37,400 nt of DNA, from NCBI GenBank assembly GCA_031255325.1, contig JAIRST010000027.1, positions 1-37,400 on the forward strand, in the 5' to 3' direction. Positions within the stretch are counted from its first letter, which is position 1; every line of letters starts with the position of its first letter. Positions 25,318-36,061 of the stretch are shown piece by piece. The position numbers and the translations under genes are program-made. Source of the stretch: Holosporales bacterium. GTDB lineage: Bacteria; Pseudomonadota; Alphaproteobacteria; UBA3830; JAIRMZ01. A model generated the notes under the pieces. That model saw only the letters and a list, made by a program, of their open reading frames with translations. It did no database searches and was not told the DNA's origin.

Positions 25318-26082
25318 TCACAGATTATGGCCAGCTGCGGCGTGCTCTCTGCACAAGCTCGCTTGGTAGATCTTTCCGGATGTCCGGCGATTGAGACTCG
25401 CATAAAAAGCACTCATCGGTTTTTCTGCACGATAAGCAATCTTTTGTACAACGGATTTCTTGAAAAGCTTGTGACGGGGTTTATTATGCGCGGCGAACAG
25501 AGAATATGGCCGCTGCAGAGGAACTGTCCATGGACGTTGACGCACCTTAGCCCAAGTCTCAAACACACGGTGCCGATAAGGCACATGCAAAGTGGTAGTA
25601 GCTGAATGATAACACCCAACCGCCTTTGGCCAAGAGGCATGCTGCACTTGTAATCCCTTTAAGAATTTTGCGGCGTATGCAACATTTTGCGTAATGTCAA
25701 AAGCTTCATTCAAAGATTTAAACGCTTTTGGATGATGCAACAAATTAACTTGCATACATCCTACATCGATGTTCCGAATGCCATGCGTTTGGAATTTTTT
25801 TACAGCGGCAATTGCTGCCAATTTAGTAGGAAAATAATGCCCCTTTCCATTAACGGTCACCGTCCATGGCCAGGGAGAAGGAGGTGTTCCATCGACGCTC
25901 CGACCTGATTCGACGCGCGCAATAGCTTCTAAAAGGTGTGCAGGGATGCCATAAGTATTTTCGGCCTCACTAATCGTTGTAAGGCAAGTATTCGTTGCTA
26001 TGGACGTTTCTGAATAGGGACTTACGATGGAAGATCCCTCAGCAGGAAATGGGAAGATAAAGAAAGCAAGAATGAAAAGCAT
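25318..26082 (-). CDS. Lytic transglycosylase (SLT domain), secreted
   Basis: 254 aa. Signal-like MLFILAFFIFPFPAEG; catalytic EAIARVESG; PWPWTVTVNGKGHYF and DVGCMQVN blocks. GAGGAGGG Shine-Dalgarno. Confidence 0.85.
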   Translation of the reverse strand: MLFILAFFIFPFPAEGSSIVSPYSETSIATNTCLTTISEAENTYGIPAHLLEAIARVESGRSVDGTPPSPWPWTVTVNGKGHYFPTKLAAIAAVKKFQTHGIRNIDVGCMQVNLLHHPKAFKSLNEAFDITQNVAYAAKFLKGLQVQHASWPKAVGCYHSATTTLHVPYRHRVFETWAKVRQRPWTVPLQRPYSLFAAHNKPRHKLFKKSVVQKIAYRAEKPMSAFYASLNRRTSGKIYQASLCREHAAAGHNL

Positions 26083-26306
26083 AGCCCTCCTCTATTAAAA
26101 AGGGAGCAAATCTCATGCCATATTTCGGAAAGGTTCTTAGCTAGAAAAATAAATGAACACAATAGAAAAATGTTGACTTAGAATAGAAGTTTTTCTAAAG
26201 AGATAGAATCAGTATACGTTTCACATACACCCCCGTAAATGTCCTTGTACTTTATTTCCTCTCCTATATCATAAATAATGATATCTTACCTTTAGTATCC
26301 TTTTTT

Positions 26307-27146
26307 CTAGCGAGTTGCTTTTATCCCTAATGCCACCCAAAAGGGAGGGCGCGTACTGAAACGGATATCCTTTAACCCCGCGTCTATCATCATTTTTCGA
26401 ATTTCTTCTTTCGTAAAACGATGTTCTAGTTTTGTTCCAAAACGATCTAAAGCGTCCGTTCGCATAAAGTAAAAGCTTTTATTCCTGTAATTTGACAAAG
26501 GAATATTTAAAACATTCATCCCAAATTTTTCTAGCAGCAGAGATGTTCTTGCAAGAGGCCAGTATACAAAGGCCGCTCCTATCTGAGAGATACATAATTT
26601 TAACCTAAAAGGAAGTTTAGAAATTCCTCTCCGCCCCCAATCAGATACTTTCCATATAAAGCGGAACCAAGTAGGCTTATTGTCGAATCGGTAGTACAAA
26701 TAAAGTAGAAATACCCCCTCCTCTTTTAATTTTTTGACACATTCTTTTAGTCCAGAGGCCGTATCAGGAACGTGGTGCAAAACCCCCAAGCAATATCCAA
26801 AATCCTGCGAATTATCTTTAAGGGACGTTCCCTCTACAGAGGCGCACTCAAACGTACAATTAGGGACTCCTTTAAGATTGCGTCTTGCCTGCTCTAAAGC
26901 AATAGAACTTGGATCGATACATGTTAAAGAATGCACTTGAGGCGCAACTACTTTTGCCCAGCGTCCGCTACCACATCCCATGTCAAATCCCGTAGCATAT
27001 TTAAGACGATCAAATGGGAATAGGTGAAAATATTCATCCGCTGCCGCCAAAAGAGCATTTCCCGTTAATGATTCTTGATTAAAGGTACGCCATTCATCGC
27101 CGAAATCTTTCACTACAAATGTGTTGATATTTTTATCCTTTGTCAC
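26307..27146 (-). CDS. Class I SAM-dependent methyltransferase
   Basis: Motif I is FDMGCGSGRWA, and post-I and motif II-like blocks are present. I place the start at GTG 27146 because the first codons of the TTG-started track ORF (27164) read AAAGGAGAG, a Shine-Dalgarno 7 nt upstream of that GTG. Confidence 0.75.
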   Translation of the reverse strand: MTKDKNINTFVVKDFGDEWRTFNQESLTGNALLAAADEYFHLFPFDRLKYATGFDMGCGSGRWAKVVAPQVHSLTCIDPSSIALEQARRNLKGVPNCTFECASVEGTSLKDNSQDFGYCLGVLHHVPDTASGLKECVKKLKEEGVFLLYLYYRFDNKPTWFRFIWKVSDWGRRGISKLPFRLKLCISQIGAAFVYWPLARTSLLLEKFGMNVLNIPLSNYRNKSFYFMRTDALDRFGTKLEHRFTKEEIRKMMIDAGLKDIRFSTRPPFWVALGIKATR

Positions 27147-27188
27147 AGCAATCTCTCCTTTCAATAAAACGCATTTTCATTAGACACC

Positions 27189-27968
27189 TTACGGCTTTTT
27201 CCAACAGCCGCACAATATATCGTATGTAATAAAGACCCCATCTGTATTTTGACTGTCAAGAGCACGCATCGCTCTCTTGAGTTGTACAGGGGAAACAGGG
27301 AGATGCCCTTTTTGTGCAGCTGTTCCGCCAACGTTTTTTAATGTTGACAAAAAATGCCAACTATCGTTGTAAGGCTGGCGTAATGTGTGCATGTGTAAGT
27401 TGATCTCCGGAAAGCTCTCTCTACACAATTGTTGAGGTATAAAATCCCGAATACCAAGGTCGATCCCACATGCCAATCCTGCCTGTCGCCATTCACGCAA
27501 GGAGGACGGTCCTAAAGTCGAGAAAACAAAATGCCCTCCAGAATGCAACGCTTTTTTTAGTCTGCAAAATGTTTCCTTGGGACGGGAAAACCAATGGAGT
27601 GTCATACTTGAAACAATTAAATCAAAATATGGAACAATTTGTATTGTTTCACCATCCATAACTTCAAAAGAAACATTGGTGAACAATCCAAATTTACGCG
27701 AACACTGTTGCAGCATGTCCGGTGAAATGTCGGTTAACAGAATACGAGAATGCGGAAAATATTGAACAATGTGCTTGCTAAGGTAACCTGTTCCACAACC
27801 AATCTCTAAAATATTAGTCGGACACATTTTAATGGGAAAGAGCTCACTTACCTTCTGTGCTGCTAACATCTGAATATCTGCCCACGTATCATACGTAGAT
27901 GCTGCTGCTGGACGCATTATAAAAGAATGTTCATCCTCTTTCTTTGCTGTTATGGCGTTTTCGCGCAT
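27189..27968 (-). CDS. Class I SAM-dependent methyltransferase, BioC-like (malonyl-ACP O-methyltransferase family architecture)
   Basis: 259 aa. YDTWADIQ; motif I ILEIGCGTGYLS; SSMTLHWF; GGHFVFSTLGPSSLREW; LKNVGG; terminal ITYDILCG. This is collinear with BioC-type enzymes. It overlaps the alaS 3' end by 19 nt. No other bio genes are nearby. Confidence 0.55.
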   Translation of the reverse strand: MRENAITAKKEDEHSFIMRPAAASTYDTWADIQMLAAQKVSELFPIKMCPTNILEIGCGTGYLSKHIVQYFPHSRILLTDISPDMLQQCSRKFGLFTNVSFEVMDGETIQIVPYFDLIVSSMTLHWFSRPKETFCRLKKALHSGGHFVFSTLGPSSLREWRQAGLACGIDLGIRDFIPQQLCRESFPEINLHMHTLRQPYNDSWHFLSTLKNVGGTAAQKGHLPVSPVQLKRAMRALDSQNTDGVFITYDILCGCWKKP

Positions 27969-30547
27969 ACTTCCTTCATTACTGAAAAGACCACTTCCAG
28001 ATCAAGCGTGCCCCTTCCTCCGCCTTGTGCAAAGTCTAGCCGTCCCCCTCCCCCTGACTCCAAAAGGTTTGCCGTAATAGCCTTCAAGTAAAGAGCCGCC
28101 GAATGTTGCCCCTTCAGGTCTTCAGAAACGCCAACGTAGACGCTCGTTCGCCCCTGATTTTCGGCAAGGATAATAACAATGCAGCGTGGTATCTTCTTTT
28201 TAAGGACATCTATATGGTTACGTATTTCACGGGAATTGATATGAGAGACTTTTTGGCAGCGCAGTATTGTATCCCCTACGCGTTCTTCAAGAGCTTTAGA
28301 GGAAAACGCGTTTTCTGCATGCAACCTCGTATTTTCTTGACGTAAATGCTCTATCTCAGAGAGGGTTGCCGTGATTGCCGTATAGAGATTCTCTTCTGAA
28401 ACATTAAGAAGTTTTGCGCTGTCTGCCATCATACGGCATATTTTATGCACATACTGATAGGCTGCACCCCCTGCCACCGCTTCTATACGCCGCACGCCGG
28501 ACCCAATACCTGTTTCTGAAAGGATGTAGAAAAGGCCTATATTTCCTGTTGAAACAACATGCGTTCCGCTACATAGTTCAGTTGAACGCACGCCCATTTG
28601 CACCACACGAACAACATCCTGATATTTCTCTCCGAAAAGAGCCATTGCCCCCATGGCAATAGACGCTTCTTTATCCTGTTCTGAAATGTAAATGGGGATA
28701 TTTTCACGAATCCATTGATTGACAAGAAGGGCTATTTTGTCGAGATCTTCCTGTTGTACCGGACCGGAATGACTAAAATCAAAACGCAGCCGATCGGTCT
28801 CAACGGAAGAACCTTTTTGCATCACGTGAGATCCCAAGACAAGGCGTAATGCTGCATGTAATAAATGTGTTGCAGAGTGATGCATGGCTATATTTTGACG
28901 TCGCTCTTGATCAATTTGAGCTATAACTGTATCAGCTAAAGTAAGGATTCCTTGTGTAACACAGCCGATATGCAGAAATACCCCTTCAGCTGTTTTTCGC
29001 ACATCCTTGATAAAAACAGAGGTTCCCTTAGAGTTCATCACCCTCCCTTGATCTGCTTGCTGCCCTCCTGAAGTGGCGTAAAAGGGCGTTTTGTCTAAAC
29101 AGATGAGGACTTCTTCTCCTGCCGTTATCTGCTTTACTTCTTCCGCCCCACAAACAAGACCAATAACAGAAGAAGATGTTTCTGTTATTTCGTATCCGCA
29201 GAAAGACGTTGCCGGCAAGCGAGCCGTAAGCGCTTTTAAGGTAGAGCTTTCACTCACATCTCCCGATCCTGTCCATTGCGAACGCATCCGCTGGGCTTCA
29301 AGCGCCGCATCAAATGCTTTTTTATCTAAGGTAAAGCCGTGTGCTTTGAGAATTGTCTCTGTTAAATCTAAAGGAAACCCATATGTATCGTATAGTTTAA
29401 AAGCTGTAGCACCAGAAAAAGCCTCCTGCTGAGAAAGCGTTTTCATCTCTTCTTCAAGCAGCTGCAATCCACGTTCTAATGTTTCATGGAAGCGTCCTTC
29501 TTCTTGTTCTAAGGTGCTTTTAATTGCGCTTTCAGCCGCTTTAAGTTCGGGGTAATCTTGTCCCATTTCATGTACAAGAATTGGGATAAGCTTATAGAAA
29601 AAAGACTCTGAAATACTCAGTAAATGCCCATGTCGTATGGCGCGACGTATAATACGGCGCAGAACATAACTTCGCCCATCTGGTCCAGGGGTGACTCCCT
29701 CAGCGCACAAAAATGCTGCAGCGCGCAAGTGGTCTGCGATCACTTTAAAGGAAGCGCTATTTTCTGCTGTTTCTTTTTGGGATGCGATAGCTTCAAGCGC
29801 TTTCCGAAGAGTCCTGAAAATATCCGTATCATAATTGTCCGTCACCCCTTGCAACACAGCAGCGATACGTTCAAGTCCCATGCCTGTATCGATAGAAGGT
29901 GTGAGTAATAAAGAACGTTGTTCCTCTGCTTTTTGCTCAAACTGCATAAAGACTAAGTTCCAGATTTCAACAAATCTATCTCCATCCTCTCCAGGACTTC
30001 CCGGAGGACCTCCTGAAATATGGGCTCCATGATCGTAAAAGATTTCTGAGCAGGGACCACAAGGTCCTATATCTCCCATAGACCAGAAATTATCTATTAT
30101 CGGAATCGGTGGTATGCCTGCAATTTTTTCCCAAAGAGTCACGGCCTCTGTATCTTCATGATAGACTGTGACGCATAAGCGCTCCTTGGGAAGGTGAAGT
30201 TCTTGTGTTAGAAACGTCCAAGCTAGCCGAATAGCTTCTTCTTTAAAATACTCCCCAAACGAGAAATTGCCGAGCATCTCGAAAAAAGTATGATGTCGTG
30301 CCGTGTATCCCACTTGATCGAGGTCATTATGCTTTCCTCCTGCGCGGAGGCATTTCTGCACTGTTGTTGCTTTCGGATAAGTACGCGTTTTTACTCCCGT
30401 AAAAATGTCTTTGAATTGCACCATTCCTGCATTGGTAAACAGCAATGTCGGATCATTTCCCGGAACTAACGGACTTGATGGCAAAATTTTATGATGATGT
30501 GCCTCAAAAAAACTTAAAAAAAGCCGGCGTATTTCCGCTGTTTTCAC
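27950..30547 (-). CDS. alaS: Alanine--tRNA ligase
   Basis: 865 aa. N-terminal AEIRRLFLSFFEAHHHK; class II core; editing-domain HHSATHLLHAAL; C-terminal DHHA1-like region. GTG start lies 3 nt after the recA stop. Confidence 0.95.
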   Translation of the reverse strand: MKTAEIRRLFLSFFEAHHHKILPSSPLVPGNDPTLLFTNAGMVQFKDIFTGVKTRTYPKATTVQKCLRAGGKHNDLDQVGYTARHHTFFEMLGNFSFGEYFKEEAIRLAWTFLTQELHLPKERLCVTVYHEDTEAVTLWEKIAGIPPIPIIDNFWSMGDIGPCGPCSEIFYDHGAHISGGPPGSPGEDGDRFVEIWNLVFMQFEQKAEEQRSLLLTPSIDTGMGLERIAAVLQGVTDNYDTDIFRTLRKALEAIASQKETAENSASFKVIADHLRAAAFLCAEGVTPGPDGRSYVLRRIIRRAIRHGHLLSISESFFYKLIPILVHEMGQDYPELKAAESAIKSTLEQEEGRFHETLERGLQLLEEEMKTLSQQEAFSGATAFKLYDTYGFPLDLTETILKAHGFTLDKKAFDAALEAQRMRSQWTGSGDVSESSTLKALTARLPATSFCGYEITETSSSVIGLVCGAEEVKQITAGEEVLICLDKTPFYATSGGQQADQGRVMNSKGTSVFIKDVRKTAEGVFLHIGCVTQGILTLADTVIAQIDQERRQNIAMHHSATHLLHAALRLVLGSHVMQKGSSVETDRLRFDFSHSGPVQQEDLDKIALLVNQWIRENIPIYISEQDKEASIAMGAMALFGEKYQDVVRVVQMGVRSTELCSGTHVVSTGNIGLFYILSETGIGSGVRRIEAVAGGAAYQYVHKICRMMADSAKLLNVSEENLYTAITATLSEIEHLRQENTRLHAENAFSSKALEERVGDTILRCQKVSHINSREIRNHIDVLKKKIPRCIVIILAENQGRTSVYVGVSEDLKGQHSAALYLKAITANLLESGGGGRLDFAQGGGRGTLDLEVVFSVMKEVCAKTP

Positions 30548-30550
30548 TAT

Positions 30551-31594
30551 TTACCCCTCTGTATTTTTCAGATTCTCCATACGCTCGGAGGACGCTGAAA
30601 GGGCATCGACAACAAGCCCTGCATTTTCTCGAATCGTTTTTTCGATCTCTTGAGTAATAACAGGCGTGTCTTTCAGAAACTGCCGCGCAGCTTCCCTCCC
30701 TTGTCCAAGACGCTGTCCTTTGTAGGCATACCAAGATCCGGACTTTTCGATAATTTCCGCCTTAACGCCAAGGTCTAATAACTCTCCTGTTTTAGAGATT
30801 CCTTCACCATATAGAATGTCAAAATCAACAACACGGAATGGCGGCGCGAGTTTATTTTTGACGATTTTTACGCGCGTCTGGTTACCAATGGCTTCATCTT
30901 TTTCTTTGATGGATCCTATACGACGAATATCCAACCGAACAGAAGCGTAGAACTTTAACGCATTTCCGCCTGTTGTCGTCTCAGGGTTACCAAACATCAC
31001 ACCGATTTTCATACGAATCTGGTTAATAAAAATCAGAATGCAGTGTGAACGCGAGATTGTACCTGTTAATTTACGTAATGCTTGACTCATCAAACGCGCT
31101 TGAAGCCCCATATGGGAATCCCCCATATCTCCCTCCAGCTCTGCTTTTGGAACCAGGGCTGCAACGCTGTCAACAACGAGCACATCAATTGCTCCCGATC
31201 GTACGAGGGTATCTGCAATCTCTAGCGCTTGCTCTCCGGCATCCGGCTGAGAGATGATTAAGTCGTCAACATTTACCCCTAATTTTCGTGCATAGATAGG
31301 GTCTAAAGCATGTTCCGCATCGATAAAACCGCATGTGCCGCCGCGTTTTTGAGCTTCTGCAACAACATGTAACGCGAGTGTTGTTTTTCCAGAACTTTCT
31401 GGACCGAAAACTTCGATGATACGTCCTCTGGGAAGCCCTCCAATTCCAAGAGCAATATCAAGTCCTAAAGATCCGCTCGGAATGCTCTCAATTTCAAGGA
31501 CGCTTTCTCGCTGTCCAAGGCGCATCACAGACCCTTTCCCAAAAGCCCGTTCGATTTGCGTTACCGCTGCTTCTAAAGCTTTCTGCTTGTCCAT
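30551..31594 (-). CDS. recA: Recombinase RecA
   Basis: 347 aa. [22 protein letters not shown]; Walker [13 protein letters not shown]; IDAEHALDP; [16 protein letters not shown] Shine-Dalgarno. Confidence 0.97.
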   Translation of the reverse strand: MDKQKALEAAVTQIERAFGKGSVMRLGQRESVLEIESIPSGSLGLDIALGIGGLPRGRIIEVFGPESSGKTTLALHVVAEAQKRGGTCGFIDAEHALDPIYARKLGVNVDDLIISQPDAGEQALEIADTLVRSGAIDVLVVDSVAALVPKAELEGDMGDSHMGLQARLMSQALRKLTGTISRSHCILIFINQIRMKIGVMFGNPETTTGGNALKFYASVRLDIRRIGSIKEKDEAIGNQTRVKIVKNKLAPPFRVVDFDILYGEGISKTGELLDLGVKAEIIEKSGSWYAYKGQRLGQGREAARQFLKDTPVITQEIEKTIRENAGLVVDALSASSERMENLKNTEG

Positions 31595-31792
31595 ACTCTA
31601 TCTCCTGACTTAAAACATAGTTCGCAGTTGCCGAGCATACAGCAAGACGTGTTGAACCTCCATATAAAATGACACCTTGCCAATCAATATTGCTGAAATT
31701 GAAGAGAAGAAATCATTTCTTTTCTAATTTTTCATAAAATATAAACCTCTGCCCTTTACAAAAGGATGTTTTAATATAGCAAGAGGGATATT

Positions 31793-33595
31793 GTGGAAAG
31801 GCAAGATCAGGATATGGTCAGTACACATGCACATGACTGGAGGAGCAGTTTTCAAAGCATCGTTAAAGAAGCCTTAGAGCTTCCCTTTACTTTTGAAAAA
31901 GCTTTTTCCGATAAAAACATAAGATTATATTCCGCTTTTCATCCCAAGCATGTTGTAAAAACATTTGCAGATCTAAGTGCTCAGCTTTTTCAACATCCGG
32001 AAATATGGGAAAGTACCTATAATCACTTCTTCAAAGAAACGACAAAACTTGGCGAATATTTCATACGACGCTTATGGGGAGAAACACCTTCACCTCATTA
32101 TACACCTGATCGAAAAGATCGGCGTTTCCGCGATAAAGTGTGGGAAGAAAACCCTTTCTTTGATACAGCAAAACAAATGTATTTAATGCTATGCGAAGCG
32201 GTGTTGCATAGCTGCACAACTTTACATACCACTGATCCTTTGCTGAAAAGAAAAAGACATTTTTTCGTGCGTCAACTTTTAGATTCCTGCGCTCCAACAA
32301 ATTTTATCTTTTCAAACCCCGTTGTATTGCGTGCACTTTTCGAAAGTGGCGGATTAAATTTTATCCATGGTACGGAGAGATTTCTAAGTGACCTCAACCG
32401 AGGGAAAGGGAAACTTAACATAGCGTCAACCGATACCTCTTTCTTTGAAGTCGGCAAAGATTTGGCAGCAACTCCGGGAAAAGTGATTTTTCAGAACGAT
32501 ATCTTGCAACTTATTCAATATGCCCCTACGACAGAAACAGTACAAAAACGCCCCGTATTGATTATACCTCCTTGGATTAACAAATATTACATCTTGGATC
32601 TTAAACCGGAAAATTCCTTTGTTAAATGGTTGGTTTCTACAGGAGTAACGGTTTTTATGATTTCGTGGGTTAAAGCGACGCCCCACCATGCGCACAAGTC
32701 ATTTGAAGACTATATGCGTGAAGGCATTTTCGATTCTCTCACGGCTATCCATCAAGCAACAAAAGCAACATCCGCCAATATTATAGGATATTGTCTAGGG
32801 GGAACGCTTCTCTTAAACGCCCTTGCGTATTGCCTTCATCCTAAATGTGCAGAAAAACCCAAGATGCGCGTAGCAAGCGCTACATTGCTTACAACGCTGA
32901 CAGATTTTAGGGACGCGGGCGATTTGACGATTCTTGCTGATGACGAAGAATTATCACATATCGAAAAATGTATGGCACAAGAGGGATTTCTCAATGGAAA
33001 GATCCTTTTTGATACCTTTAACGTTTTGCGTGCTAATGATTTGATTTGGTCTTATTTTGTGGATAGTTATCTATTAGGGAAAACCCCTCCTCCGCACGAC
33101 ATTTTATTTTGGAATGCGGACGTTACAAATATGCCGCGCGCTCTTCATAGTTTTATTTTAAGGAACTTTTACAGAAAGAACCTGCTTGTGCAGCCAAATG
33201 CCCTTAAAATTCGGGGTGTTCCTATCGATTTACAGCGCATTCATTTGCCTATTTTTATGTTATCCACGCGAGATGATCATATTGCTCCCTGGAAAGCTAC
33301 CTATACAGCAACGCAATTCTTGAAAAGCCCAGATTTGACATTTGTTCTTGCAGGGTCAGGGCACGTTGCTGGGATTATCAATCCCCCTGCCGCTCAAAAA
33401 TATGGGTACTGGACCTACAATGCGTATCCTTCTTCTGCTGAGGATTGGCTAGCATACGCCAAGGAAACTTCTGGGTCTTGGTGGCCAACATGGCGCCAAT
33501 GGCTAGAGAAGTATGCAGGAGGATACGTTTCTGCTCGCTTTCCTAAAGAGAATCTTGTCTTAGAAAATGCTCCAGGAACTTACGTGTTAGACTAA
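31793..33595 (+). CDS. phaC: Class I poly(R)-hydroxyalkanoate synthase
   Basis: 600 aa. Lipase-box GYCLGG; PPWINKYYILDL; DDHIAPW; GSGHVAGIINPP. GTG start is preceded by AGAGGGA. Confidence 0.9.
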   Translation: MERQDQDMVSTHAHDWRSSFQSIVKEALELPFTFEKAFSDKNIRLYSAFHPKHVVKTFADLSAQLFQHPEIWESTYNHFFKETTKLGEYFIRRLWGETPSPHYTPDRKDRRFRDKVWEENPFFDTAKQMYLMLCEAVLHSCTTLHTTDPLLKRKRHFFVRQLLDSCAPTNFIFSNPVVLRALFESGGLNFIHGTERFLSDLNRGKGKLNIASTDTSFFEVGKDLAATPGKVIFQNDILQLIQYAPTTETVQKRPVLIIPPWINKYYILDLKPENSFVKWLVSTGVTVFMISWVKATPHHAHKSFEDYMREGIFDSLTAIHQATKATSANIIGYCLGGTLLLNALAYCLHPKCAEKPKMRVASATLLTTLTDFRDAGDLTILADDEELSHIEKCMAQEGFLNGKILFDTFNVLRANDLIWSYFVDSYLLGKTPPPHDILFWNADVTNMPRALHSFILRNFYRKNLLVQPNALKIRGVPIDLQRIHLPIFMLSTRDDHIAPWKATYTATQFLKSPDLTFVLAGSGHVAGIINPPAAQKYGYWTYNAYPSSAEDWLAYAKETSGSWWPTWRQWLEKYAGGYVSARFPKENLVLENAPGTYVLD

Positions 33596-33742
33596 TTTTC
33601 CACGTACGGTGCATCAGTTTTAAAAGTCATATATCTAGCATGCTTTGAAATAGCGACGGTTGGACGTGACCTTGCCAAGGTGGCTGTTTCTATGGGATAC
33701 TTTTTCCCTGTGGATAAGATAGGAAACACACAAGAGCAAGTT

Positions 33743-34402
33743 ATGTGGAAAGCGTTGGGGTGTTGTGTCTTCCTTTCTGGATGCGTTCCGGCAGCTTTGA
33801 TCGGAACGGCAGCTGTTGGAACATCCCTTCGTAGTGATGGAGGTATTTCAGGAGCATTTTCTGATGTCGATATACGTGCAAAAATTCATCAATCTTTAAA
33901 AGATAAAAGCAAGGTCCTGTACGAAAATACTACCGTTACAGTCAAAGAAGGACGTGTTCTTTTAACGGGACGTGTCAGAAATGAAACAGATCGCCAAATG
34001 GCAACTTCTGCCGTCAAGGCGAGCGGTGTCGCTTTAGAAATTTTCAATGAAATCCAAATTGGTTCTCAGTTAAAGGCGTCTACAGCTTCTCATGATGCAT
34101 GGCTTACAACACAAATTGAATCGAAATTACTTGTGGATAATGTTATTCATTCGCTGAACTATAAAACGACAACGACAGGAGGTGTTGTATACATTCTAGG
34201 GACAGCGCATACCCAGTTTGAACGGGACGCAGTTCTGAAATGTATACGTAGTCTTGCGGGGGTAAAAAAAGTTGTTTCCTATATAAGGCTTGCTTCATTG
34301 ACTCTTAAAACGTCCTCCTTTTCTCGGAAAGCTGCTCCTGTATCTGCTCCCGTGCCGTTACAAAGAGCAGCTGTTAGTCCCGTTACTGTGCGCAAATTAT
34401 AG
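33743..34402 (+). CDS. BON-domain lipoprotein (OsmY-like, two BON repeats)
   Basis: The start is trimmed to MWKALGCCVFLSGC (lipobox LSGC). Two BON-like repeats: TVTVKEGRVLLTGRV and TTTTGGVVYILGTA... Confidence 0.7.
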   Translation: MWKALGCCVFLSGCVPAALIGTAAVGTSLRSDGGISGAFSDVDIRAKIHQSLKDKSKVLYENTTVTVKEGRVLLTGRVRNETDRQMATSAVKASGVALEIFNEIQIGSQLKASTASHDAWLTTQIESKLLVDNVIHSLNYKTTTTGGVVYILGTAHTQFERDAVLKCIRSLAGVKKVVSYIRLASLTLKTSSFSRKAAPVSAPVPLQRAAVSPVTVRKL

Positions 34403-34405
34403 TAG

Positions 34406-35956
34406 ATGTATTTGGATCCGTGCATGAAGCACTCTGCGAGTACAAGCATTAAAACGATTGCGTTCTTAGGTATCGATGCCATCGAAGTGACAGTACAGGT
34501 GCAGATTCAGGCAGGATTGCCAGCTTTTACCCTGGTAGGGCTACCGGATAAGGCTGTTGCAGAGTCTCGGGAACGTATTCGAGCCGCTCTTTTTTCTTTG
34601 GGATTAGCGCTACCAGCCAAACGCATCACGATCAATCTTGCTCCTGCGGATTTACAGAAGGAGGGTAGCCACTACGATTTACCTATTGCCTTGGGCTTGT
34701 TAGTCGCGATGGGGGGTATTCCGTCAGACGCCCTTGAAGGATATTGCGTTTTAGGAGAGCTTGGTCTTGATGGACAAATCGCGCGTGTTTCAGGGGTTTT
34801 AGCAGCCGCTGTTTATGCGCATTCCTGCGATTTGGGTCTTATCTGCCCTAAAGCTTGCGGCGCTGAAGCGTGTTGGGCAGGATCAACCAATATTTTAGCT
34901 GCAACAGATTTGGTAGAGCTCATTAATCACTTTAAAGGTATTCAGGTTTTAGATACCCCCGTTATCCAAGAAAACATGTCTCCTCAATATCCAACACGTG
35001 GTTTATTGAAGGCGATCAAAGGACAACCTTTAGCCAAACGGGCACTTGAAATTGCGGCCGCTGGAGGGCATGCCCTTTTATTGTCAGGTCCGCCAGGAGC
35101 TGGAAAATCCATGCTTGCAACAGCATTGGCCGAGTTATTACCTGATCTTACCCCTGAAGAAGCGTTAGAAGTAACGATGATCCACAGTTTAGCGGGTACG
35201 TTACCTGAGGACGGCCTTGTACGTATACGTCCTTTTCGTGACCCCCATCATTCCGCTTCTTTGGTTTCTTTAGTGGGAGGAGGAGCACGTGCCAAACCTG
35301 GGGAAATTTCTTTGGCTCACTGTGGAATACTGTTTTTGGATGAATTACCGGAATTTGCACGGTCTACGCTAGAAGCGCTCCGTCAACCTTTAGAGACCGG
35401 ACGAGTCTCCATTGCGCGCGCGCAGATGCATGTTAGTTATCCCGCGCGTTTCCAGTTTATTGCCGCGATGAACCCTTGTCCTTGTGGGTATGCTGGCGAT
35501 CCAGAGCGTGCTTGCTCGCGCCTTCCCCGTTGTGCGGAAACTTATAAAGGACGCATATCGGGTCCTTTCCTTGACCGTATCGATTTATTCGTTGAGGTAG
35601 ATGATATTCCTCTCGGAGATCTTTTATCGTCCCATTGTTCAGAAGAAGATACGGCTTTTGATAGTATACGTGCACGTATTGCGTCCGTGCGTTATCATCA
35701 GCGCCAGCGCGCCCAACACCTTGCTCTTCCAGCATTTCTTAATGCGCACATCGATGGAGGGCATATCGAAAAACTCGCTCCTTTAGAAGCATCTAGTAGA
35801 GCTTTTTTAGAAGAAGTTTCAAAACATCAAAAAATATCCGCTCGCGGATACCACAGAATCTTAAAAGTTGCGCGAACCATTGCGGATTTAGAAGGAGCAG
35901 ACAATATAACAAAAATTCACCTTGCAGAAGCTTTACACTTCCGTTGGCGACGTTAA
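34406..35956 (+). CDS. yifB: YifB/ComM family Mg-chelatase-like AAA+ ATPase
   Basis: 516 aa. N-terminal GLPAFTLVGLPDKAVAESRERIRAAL; Walker A GPPGAGKS; Walker B ILFLDELPEF; C-terminal SARGYHRILKVARTIADLEG. The start could be ATG 34424. Confidence 0.9.
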   Translation: MYLDPCMKHSASTSIKTIAFLGIDAIEVTVQVQIQAGLPAFTLVGLPDKAVAESRERIRAALFSLGLALPAKRITINLAPADLQKEGSHYDLPIALGLLVAMGGIPSDALEGYCVLGELGLDGQIARVSGVLAAAVYAHSCDLGLICPKACGAEACWAGSTNILAATDLVELINHFKGIQVLDTPVIQENMSPQYPTRGLLKAIKGQPLAKRALEIAAAGGHALLLSGPPGAGKSMLATALAELLPDLTPEEALEVTMIHSLAGTLPEDGLVRIRPFRDPHHSASLVSLVGGGARAKPGEISLAHCGILFLDELPEFARSTLEALRQPLETGRVSIARAQMHVSYPARFQFIAAMNPCPCGYAGDPERACSRLPRCAETYKGRISGPFLDRIDLFVEVDDIPLGDLLSSHCSEEDTAFDSIRARIASVRYHQRQRAQHLALPAFLNAHIDGGHIEKLAPLEASSRAFLEEVSKHQKISARGYHRILKVARTIADLEGADNITKIHLAEALHFRWRR

Positions 35957-36061
35957 AGGGGGGGATGTACACCATCTGCACACCTTATCTTTTACTCTTC
36001 TGAGCTTTAACGACGAAACGCTCTGAGAGGAAGAACACTTTAAAATATTGGGAGATTTGTT

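Noticed and set aside
31595-31792. Search for an SOS (LexA) box upstream of recA
   Set aside because: Only isolated GTTC/GAAC half-sites are present (for example GTTCgcagttgCCGA). There is no GTTC-N7-GTTC or CTGT-N8-ACAG. A possible TTGCTG-17-AACTAT promoter is too weak to call.
33709-33717. Perfect DnaA-box 9-mer TGTGGATAA (complement TTATCCACA) upstream of the BON gene, plus an 8/9 match TTATCCACG at 33260-33268 inside phaC, considered as a possible origin
   Set aside because: A single perfect 9-mer is expected by chance at roughly 0.3 per window of this size on two strands. There is no cluster of boxes, no adjacent AT-rich unwinding element and no dnaA/hemE-type neighbours.
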